From Eledone cirrhosa (lineage: Eukaryota), in assembly GCA_964016885.1 (NCBI GenBank), contig OZ024749.1, positions 35,836,001 to 35,900,000 on the forward strand: a DNA stretch of 64,000 nucleotides, given 5' to 3'. The notes below the pieces were generated by a model. It was given only the letters and a program-made list of their open reading frames with translations, searched no databases and was not told the origin of the DNA. This document shows, piece by piece, positions 54,404 to 64,000 of this stretch; the first letter of the stretch is position 1; every line of letters starts with the position of its first letter. Made by a program: the position numbers and the translations under genes.

Positions 54404-54474
54404 TATTTTATCTGATGAGAACTCAAATATCATCCCATGATGATATTTGTTTTTGAAATGCGCATAATAAAATA
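54404..54474 (+). ncRNA. Type I hammerhead ribozyme motif
   Basis: TATTTTAT-CTGATGA-GAACT-CAAATATCATC-CCAT-GATGATATTTG-TTTTT-GAAA-TGCGCA-TA-ATAAAATA. 8-bp stem I, perfect 11-bp helix in stem II, palindromic stem III ATGCGCAT. Confidence 0.8.
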
Positions 54475-54502
54475 CATGGAACTCTTTTAACCATTTTTTG
54501 AT

Positions 54503-54583
<81 letters not shown>

Positions 54584-54808
54584 AAATATAGGTACATGTA
54601 GGCATATGTGTACAGAAACGTATATGTATGTACATGTGTATAGAAATGTATATGTTTGTATATGTGTATAGAAATGTATATGTATGTATAAGTGTATAGA
54701 AATATATATATATATATGTGTGTATTTGTATGTACATATGTATATATGTATGGTGTGTGTAGGTGTATCTGTGTATGTATGTTTCTGTGATTTATAACTG
54801 GGAGTAAG

Positions 54809-54925
54809 ATAGAAGATGATCTTGAGGTTCTCTATAATACAGAAGTTACATGGTGTTGGTCCATTCTGATAGTCTCTTCTTTGTCCCTTCAGTATCCAAA
54901 TGTGATTTGAAAGGGACGTAGTATG
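54809..54925 (-). pseudogene. Penelope-like element GIY-YIG endonuclease C-terminal remnant
   Basis: Translation HTTSLSNHIWILKGQRRDYQNGPTPCNFCIIENLKIIFY resembles the PLE pattern TxLSxHxWxLK...Y...CxLCxxEKxxI as I recall it, apparently with an internal deletion. Confidence 0.55.
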
Positions 54926-55455
54926 AATAATAATTTGTCTTTGATTTTGTTCCTTAGTTGAAATATTATATACAAAGACTGATGCAGAATCATAAAATAA
55001 AAGATTATAACAATAATAATCTAACTTATTTTTAAGTTTTGTTTCTTTGTAATGCTTCATTATAAATATTTGTTGCCACATTTCAAATGAAAAGCACGGC
55101 CTTTGAAAATAATTAAGAATTTTCCAGAATTATTACACTGGTGTTTAGAATATAACTTAACAAAGGTTCTTACATAAAATTATCATGGGAGGTTTTTAGA
55201 CAAATATAAAAACTTTAACCCTTTTGTAACCATATTTCCAATGAAAGATACTGCCTGTAGTAGTTTTCAAATAATTTTGAAAAATCATCAAGTATTTGGC
55301 AGGATTTAGTAATATAATAATGTTCTCATTATTAATCTGGTGGTTGGAATATAACTTAACAATGGAATGTTTTCAGATAAATATGTATGTATGGCCCTGT
55401 AACTCCTAATGGAGTCATAGAGGTGCCATAGCAGTACATAGCATTTTTGGGTATT

Positions 55456-55682
55456 TTAACCCTTTAGCATTTAAACCGGCCGTATCCGGCCAGAATTCTC
55501 TCACCTCTTTCTGTTCAAACAAGCTGTAACTGACCACTCATACTAATGTTAAGGTATTGTTCTCAAAATAATTAATATCAAAATCCCAGATTCGATATTA
55601 TGTGAGATAATTGTGTAAGATAAAGATTTTACCACAAAAATACAATAGTAAATATAGAGTAATGTAAATGCTAAAGGGTTAA
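55456..55682. mobile_element. piggyBac-like MITE1
   Basis: Same TIRs and TTAA at both ends. Confidence 0.9.
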
Positions 55683-56509
55683 AACCTGGTGGAGCCTATA
55701 TCCGCTCCAGGTTAGATAAATATAAATTCTTTAAAATATAACAAAGAACATGAAATCACAGAAGTGGTTTCATGTGGTTTGGTATCCAAAGGGTTAAATA
55801 TGCTATTAGACCCATGCAAGCATGATGATGATGATGATGATGATTAATTTGGAGTACATGTTGTAATTAAACAATCAGATATTATGAAATTGGATTCAAG
55901 GTAATCACCAAAGACTTTTACTTTCTGAGAATATCAGAAAAATTCAACCATGAAATTGTTTCAATTCATGTGTATAAAAAGATCTTAAACAATTAAAAAA
56001 TACTTGAGTTCAAACGAAACCAATCCACAAGGATTCCTGGGAGATACTATTACCATTTTACTCAAGTAGTTTAGTATTCCATGTAATAATATGGTGCCAG
56101 ACTTTGGTGTTTAATAATATGAATACTTTCCCAGCTATATATGTTTTCATTGACGTCAACACTGTTAATTCTATTTGCCTCAGTTTTTATTCTTTGTTTT
56201 CTTGTTTTTGTGTTATATTTATTTATTTCTCTGTTCTCCCTCATCGTTACATGGACCAGTTTTATTCTCCCCATTCTAATGGAGATTTTCAAATGAAATA
56301 TTTCCATATTACCAACTTCCTAACTCAATAAACTCTAACCAAGAAGAAAGTAAAATGAAGACGTGTTGATACAGCAAACTTTTGGCAGTGGGGGATGGAT
56401 GGCTGTGTGAAAGATTTTATTATTCCAAATCTGTCTCGATCTTAACTTGTCTGATATTTATGAAATATGTTACTATAGCTACTAATTCAAAGAAACAATG
56501 CTGACTAAT

Positions 56510-56737
56510 TTAACCCATTTGTGATCATATTTCTTATGAAATACACTGAATTTCAATTAATTAATGAAGAATACTGAACGATTTACTAAAATTATTACTT
56601 CATTATTAAATAACATAACATATTGTTCTTATATAAGATTGTATAGGAAGATTTTAATTTAAATAGAAGCCCTTTAAAATAGGTGGATTTCATAGAAATA
56701 GAGCTGGTTTTGGCTCAGTTGGTATCAGAAAGGTTAA
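56510..56737. mobile_element. piggyBac-like MITE2
   Basis: TTAACCC...GGTATCAGAAAGGTTAA. Confidence 0.75.
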
Positions 56738-56821
56738 CTGAATGTAGTTCTGTAGTATCAACTTCTGTTAATACTTTAACCTGCAGTCAATACTTGGTTC
56801 CATAGTACTAAACTGTTTGTT

Positions 56822-57050
56822 TTAACCCTTTAGCATTTAAACTGGTCATATCCAGCCAGAATTCTCTCACCTCTTTCAATTCAAACCAGCTGTAACTGGT
56901 CGTTCATACTTATGTTAAGGTATTGTTCTCAAAATAAATAATATCAAAATCTCATAGATTCGATATAATGTGAGATAACTATGTGAGGTAAAGCCTTTAC
57001 TGTGAAAATATAATAGTAAATATAGAGTAATGTAAATACTAAAGGGTTAA
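56822..57050. mobile_element. piggyBac-like MITE1
   Basis: Same TIRs (one mismatch) and TTAA at both ends. Confidence 0.9.
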
Positions 57051-57476
57051 AGTGTTTATATGCAACTGAAAACCTGAAAACCTCCCATCATAATTTTTTA
57101 TAAGAACCTTTATTAAAGCATATTCCAAACACCAAAATCTTAACATTCAGTAATGATTTAGCAAAAAATATCTCAACACTGTACCAGCACCCCTATAACA
57201 GCACCCTTGTAATAGCACCACTGTAATAACACCACTGTAACACCACTGTAACAGCACTGTAACATTGTGCTATCTAAAGGTGCCATTAGCTGTTTGTACA
57301 GCATCACAATGGTTGTACTTTGCCATCCATTAACCAATCAACCATGACAAACAATGTAGAACCACCAGACTGTAAAAGAACCATTCATAACACATTTCCT
57401 TCTTTACCAAATCTGATTCTAACAGCATTCTACCATTTCAGTATGTTGACTCTACTGTACATGTATATATAGGTGC

Positions 57477-57510
<34 letters not shown>

Positions 57511-58046
57511 TTGTGTTTACTCTGCAGTATGTGTGTATATATATGTCTGTTAACTCTGTAGTATGAGCGTATATATATATATATATATATATGTTTTTAC
57601 TCTATTGTATGTGTGTATACATGTGTCTATTAACTCTACAGTACATATGTCTATACACATATATATATATATGTGTGTGTGTTTACTCTATTGTATATGT
57701 CATATACTTTTTATGTATGTGTGTGTGTTGTATATGTGTGTATATGTTTGTTGAGGTGTGAATTAGTGTGTATGTGTGGTTGTATGTATGTATGTATATG
57801 TAAGTGTATATATGTGTATGACTGTATATATGTGTATGTGGGAGTGTACATATATGTATGTAAGTGTGTATATGTAAGTGTGTACATGTAAATGAGAGTA
57901 TGTAAATGTGTATATGGCAGCAGCAACAATAACAACAACAGCAGTGTAGAAATGAAATAAAATGAAATCCACAGTTCACAACAATGTAGTTTTAGTTGGC
58001 TTCCTAGTAATTTACATCTCATAAGATATGGGGCCCTGGTCCTAAA

Positions 58047-58552
58047 ATGTTGTTACGGTTCACACCTATATAGATTAAGCTGGTCTCCTACAAGGTTGTA
58101 CCTGATAGGAGGTTTCTTGGGTATTTTGATGATAGGGGTCACAGTCGTTTCATGTTGTTATGGTTCACACCTATATAGATTAAGCTGGTCTCCTACAAGG
58201 TTGTACCTGATAGGAGGTTTCTTGGGTATTTTGATGATAGGGGTCACAGTCGTTTCATGTTGTTATGGTTCACACCTATATAGATTAAGCTGGTCTCCTA
58301 CAAGGTTGTACCTGATAGGAGGTTTCTTGGGTATTTTGATGATAGGGGTCACAGTCGTTTCATGTTGTTATGGTTCACACCTATATAGATTAAGCTGGTC
58401 TCCTACAAGGTTGTACCTGATAGGAGGTTTCTTGGGTATTTTGATGATAGGGGTCACAGTCGTTTCATGTTGTTACGGTTCCCACCTATGTAGTTTAACT
58501 GGCCTCCTACAAGATTGCAAATCAGAAGGTTTCTTGGGTATTTTAATGGTAG
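58047..58552. repeat. 105-bp tandem repeat, about 4.7 copies
   Basis: Near-identical units, reflected as a 35-aa repeat in the ORF track. Confidence 0.95.
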
Positions 58553-58556
58553 GAAA

Positions 58557-59285
58557 CACCACCACCACCACCACCACCATCATCACAGTCACCACCACCA
58601 CTGCCACCAACACTACCATCACCACCACCACCACCACCACCAACACCACCACAGTCACTCCCACCACCTCCATAACACCATCACTGTCACTATTATCACT
58701 ATTATCACCATCACCACAGTCACCACCACCTCTGCCACCAACACTACCATCACCACCACCACCACCACCACCACCACCACCACCACCACAGTCACTCCCA
58801 CCACCTCCATAACACCATCACTGTCACTATTATTACTATTATCACCATCACCACAGTCACCACCACCTCTGCCACCAACACTACCATCACCACCACCACC
58901 ACCACCACCACAGTCACTTCCGCCACCTCCATAACACCATCACTGTCACTATTATCACCACCACCACAGTCACCACCACCTCTGCCACCAACACTACCAT
59001 CACCATCACCACCACCACCACCACCACCACAGTCACTCCCACCACCTCCATAACACCATCACTGTCACTATTATCACCACCACCACCTCTGCCACCAACA
59101 CTACCATCACCACCACCACCACCACCACCACCACCACCACCACCACAGTCACTCCCACCACCTCCATAACACCATCACTGTCACTATTATCACCACCACC
59201 ACAGTCACCACCACCTCTGCCACCAACACTACCATCACCACCACCACCACCGTCACTTCCACCACCTCCACCACCACTATCACCA
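58557..59285. repeat. (CAC)n-rich repeat with higher-order structure
   Basis: Recurring CTCCATAACACCATCACTGTCACTATTA anchor. Confidence 0.9.
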
Positions 59286-59710
59286 TTTATTGATTCTCCT
59301 GTCTAAGGCACACATCTGTTCAGTTTTGTATTTTCAAACTATGAAATATATTCTTTACTTACAACACATTTTATAATCTCCTTTCCCCCCCCCCCTCTCT
59401 CTCTCACTCTCTATCTCTCTCTCCCTATCTTTCTCTCTTTCTCTATCTCTCTCTTCTCTCACCCTTCACTCCCTTTTCTCCTCACTCTCTGACTCCTTAC
59501 ATTTGCATCTTTCTCTCCTTGTACCTCACAATATATTTCGTTTCTCTTCCACATCCATGAGTAAATTCCCTGGATAAGTAGGCAGTCTTTTGTTCATAGC
59601 ATTTACCTTCCACACAATTTCTCTTGCCTAGATCTTGTTGAGCAGCTCCTTCTGATCTGCAGCACTAGCAAAAATTAGTTGTTGCTGTTGTTATTTATGC
59701 TTATTTTCAT

Positions 59711-59972
59711 TTAACCCTTTGATACCAAACTGTCAGAAACCACCCCTGGTTCTACGATACAAAACTGTTTATTTTAAAGTGTTTATATTTTATATTTATC
59801 TAAAAACTTTCAATCATAATTCTCTCTCAAAAACTTCAATATGTTCAAAAAAACCAGATTAGAAATAAGAAAGTTATATTACTATATCCTTCAAAATTCT
59901 TGATTATTTTCAAAATTATTTGAAAATCATAGACAGTGTCTTTCATTAGAAATATGGTAATGAAAGTGTTAA
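59711..59972. mobile_element. piggyBac-like MITE2
   Basis: TTAACCCTTTGATACC...GGTAATGAAAGTGTTAA, followed by a partial tandem copy. Confidence 0.75.
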
Positions 59973-61288
59973 AGTGCTTTTAGTTATCTTAAAACTTTCC
60001 TTCCTAATTTTATCTAAGAACCTTTGTTATGTTCCAAATACCAGCTTAATAATGAGAATGTTAGTTCTTTTCCTAAATCACCTCTAAATTTTTGATTATT
60101 TTCCTTGCATCTTTGCCATCCTTTATCATTGCACTTCTACTCAAACTGTAATTTTGTGTTTACAACCATTCTGTAAAGTGATTGTTGATAAGAAGGGCAT
60201 CCAACCATAGAAAACTTGTCAAACAAAGCGTCACAAAGATTCTTTAGTTATGTCAAAGATTTGACAACTGCCCTATTGCTGGTATCATGATAAAACATAC
60301 AAAGTACACTCTGAAAAGTTGTTTGTGATAGGAAGGACATCCAGCCATAGAAAACTCACCAAAAAAAAGTGTCAAGAAAACTATTCAGCAGTGTCAAAAA
60401 GATGATAACCTTCCTAGTGTTGGTTTCATGATAAAATGCACCCAGTGTATTCTATAAAGTGCAGAAAATTATATAAGCAAGCTACAAAGTCCCTTGGCCT
60501 GTCTAAAAGGTCAGTAACTCCAGATTAAGTGTTGACCTTGTCAGTGACAAGCTGTCCAATCCTTGCTCACTATGTTAAATGATAATGAGCTGAATTGAAA
60601 ATGTTGGTTTGATGTCCTCCTGACAGTAAAGGGTAAAGCTAACCAGTGAAGGTTATTATTTCCACAGAACACCCTCCACCACTCCAGCCACTACACTATA
60701 CACTATAACCCCCTCTACCCCAGCTCCACAAAATATTCCAAATAATGGCTTTCTTATCTCCATATTTTATACATCGGAACAATTTAATTTTTTTTTTTCT
60801 AAAATATTTTTTAATCTGAAGACACATCAATATTTAGAAAGTGTATTGTATTGATTTTTCTGTCCCACTGCCCCCTCCACCTCTAATAACCCCACCCCCC
60901 AATACCTCTTGTCCTCCCCTTTCTCTCTGCCCTTCCTCCTCCTCCTCTGCTGACACTTACCACCATCATCCTATGCCTCCCATCACCACCACTCCCCACA
61001 TCACTTTATCCTTAATACTCCTCCTCTTCTTCCTCCTCCTTCCCTACTGACATCTACTCACCTTGCTACCACACTCTACCATATACCTCCCACCACCACC
61101 AACACCTCCTACACTACCATTCTTGGTGAGCAAGAATTTTCTTCTGTAGAACATCAGAAGGACACAACTACAGAAATAGTGCAAGTTATGTGAAAAGGAC
61201 ACAGCTGGTGTTTGGAATATAACTTAACACAGGTTCTTACATGAAACTATAATGGAAATTTTTTTTAGATAAACATGAGGTAGGTAAA

Positions 61289-61445
61289 GGTGGCGAATTG
61301 GCAGAATCATCAGAACATAGGATAGAATGCTTTGTAGTATTCATTCGACTCTCTGATCTCTGAGTTCAAATCCCACCGAGGTCAACTTTGTCTTTCATCC
61401 ATTTATAGTCGATAAAAAAGTACCAGTTAAATACTGGAGTAGATT
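61289..61445 (+). mobile_element. Diverged SINE A
   Basis: GGTGGCGAATTGGCAGAATC head, GAGTTCAAATCCC and core. Confidence 0.75.
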
Positions 61446-62937
61446 CTTCCTCTATATCTCTTTCTCAATTCTTTTCTCTCACTTTCTCTATCCTTCTCTG
61501 GAAGAAATATGCTGTGTTCAGACCTGGAGAGATGGGCTTCGCCAGCTTTAAAAATTGCCCTTGAAACACCATATGTCAATATGGCGCCCCTACGACTCCC
61601 TCAGGAGTTACAGGTCCATGCCATACCATACTAAGGTAGGTAAAAGGCCTATAACTCTCGATGGGGGAGAGGATGTCATGATACATGGCATGCCTTGAGC
61701 TGCTTAAACATGGTAAAACTCATCCCTCCCCAGGCTTGAATGTTACTAATTTCATCCAGAGAAAGTGCCTTCCACCAGCTTTATTACTGAACTACTAATT
61801 CTATGACAATGAAACATGGCTCCAGCATAGACCATTGATAAGCAAACATTTCTGAATTACAAAAATGTTGCTGATGTCATCATTTTTCTGATGACATCAT
61901 CAGTTGTACCAAGATGTGTTAAAATTTAGTAGACTTTTAGTGGGATATAGATACTACATGTAGGTAATGCCATGTACCTTCGCTTTGCAATGTTTGCGCA
62001 TAATGAAACAACAACACAGTGCACGTCAAAGTGAATAAGAAATTGTTGCTATGGTTGTAGTTGCCATAACAGCCATTGCCATGAACTCAAAACACATTTT
62101 ATATTGGTAATGTTGTTTGGTAATATCACTTTGGTTACAAAGTCTGTATAATTTAATTTTGTAACAAGAAAAATCAAAGAAATGTCATCATTTTATACCC
62201 CCTATTCAATTCTTGCCTTTTTCATGGCAATGAAGAAAATTTTTTTCAAAATAAGTTATGTGAGCATTTATTAGGGTAAATTTTCAGATAAGTCACCAAA
62301 TTTCAGAGAAGAATCTGCTTTCTTTTGGAAGTTATGGAGAGAAAAAAACATGTTAAACTGGAACAAATACCTCGCCAATTTTCAACCAGTGCCTCTAAAA
62401 CTCTACCTATTTGCTGCCTTACTTAAATAAATATAAACACTTAAAATCAAAGAACAAAGGGAGATATCAAGGGGTTTGGTATGGAAAGGATTAACTTTAC
62501 TGCTAATTGTTAATTCATTTTGCTATCAATTAAAACTGATTGACTTTAACAAAATCTTGCTGCCATTTTAAAATATCATGATTGTCTTCCTCAGAACCTA
62601 ATTGATATCAATTCCCTTGACAGTGGCCAGATGGTGATAAATATCCCCCCTCCTCGTTTCTGACTTTCACAATCTTTGTTATAATTGATTTTTATTGATT
62701 TTGATGTCACACACACGCATACATATGCATATATATATACACACACGCATATAAATATATATATATGTATATATATATATATACACAGAGAGAGTGAGGG
62801 CTGCGGTGCTGAAACCGAGGAGACCACTAATCATGGGAGTACTCAATACATGGGGAGATGCAGAGTGAGTATAGAGGTACATAAAATCCCGTTGGGATTT
62901 TTCATATCTCTCCCCCACCCCCACTCTCTCTCTCTCT

Positions 62938-63400
<463 letters not shown>

Positions 63401-63740
63401 TCATACATATATATATGCACATATATACACACACACATATATGTATATATACACACATACACACACACACACACACTTATGTGTTGTGTCTGATAGAGGA
63501 AGCAGAGATGGAGAACTAATAATGTTGCATGCTGAGAAGTCAGGTAGGAATGATGTTTAATGTTACATCAATAAGACTGCGGTATATTTTTACAACATTT
63601 CTGTAACATGTTCAGTTGATTAGAGATGAATATATATATATGTGCATATAACACCTCACATTTCTGGCTTGAGGTAGGATTGAACCAACAACTTTGTCAT
63701 AAATATTTAAGGCTTTTTACACAGGCATAAAGTATATATA

Positions 63741-63880
63741 GGTGACGAATTGGCAGAATAGTTAGAACATCGGGTAGAATGCTTTATAGTATCTGTTCCG
63801 GCACTCTTCTATCTGAGTTCAAATCCCACCAAGATCAACTTTGCTTTTCATCCTTTTGACATTGATAAAAGAAGTACCCA
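63741..63880 (+). mobile_element. Diverged SINE A
   Basis: GGTGACGAATTGGCAGAATAG head, B box and core. Confidence 0.75.
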
Positions 63881-64000
63881 GCCGACACTGTCAAACGGTC
63901 GTGTTGGTATCACAACAAATATCATCCAGCCCACACTATAAAGTGGTTGTGTAGGTGTCATGACAAAAAGCACCCAGCATACACTGTAAATGTTGTTGGC

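Larger units (their letters stand above)
54212..54509. repeat. Inverted repeat (138-bp arms, 22-nt spacer) carrying hammerheads on both strands
   Basis: 54212-54349 is the reverse complement of 54372-54509 with 3 mismatches seen. The right end runs into (TA)n(TG)n. Confidence 0.95.

Noticed and set aside
61940-62400. Possible Helitron or DNA transposon remnant
   Set aside because: No termini, hairpin or second copy identifiable in the window.

Overview
AT-rich, microsatellite-dense eukaryotic DNA with no convincing intact protein-coding gene. Nearly all ORF-track entries are translations of (CA)n, (TA)n, (GGT)n or (AAC)n repeats. The SINE repertoire and repeat density resemble a cephalopod (Octopus-like) genome; this is an inference from memory of these families, not a database result. 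The window holds two tRNA-derived SINE families, TTAA-, TA- and 8-bp-TSD MITEs, decayed RTE, CR1, CRE-type and Gypsy fragments, and several satellites (largest: 82-bp unit, about 6.7 kb). The most notable signal is seven minimal type I hammerhead ribozyme motifs at five loci. All have the palindromic stem III typical of Penelope-like elements and lie beside (TA)n tracts. Four of them sit in two near-perfect fold-back palindromes (24074-24464, 54212-54509) that carry a ribozyme on both strands, and one palindrome lies near a Penelope-type GIY-YIG remnant.
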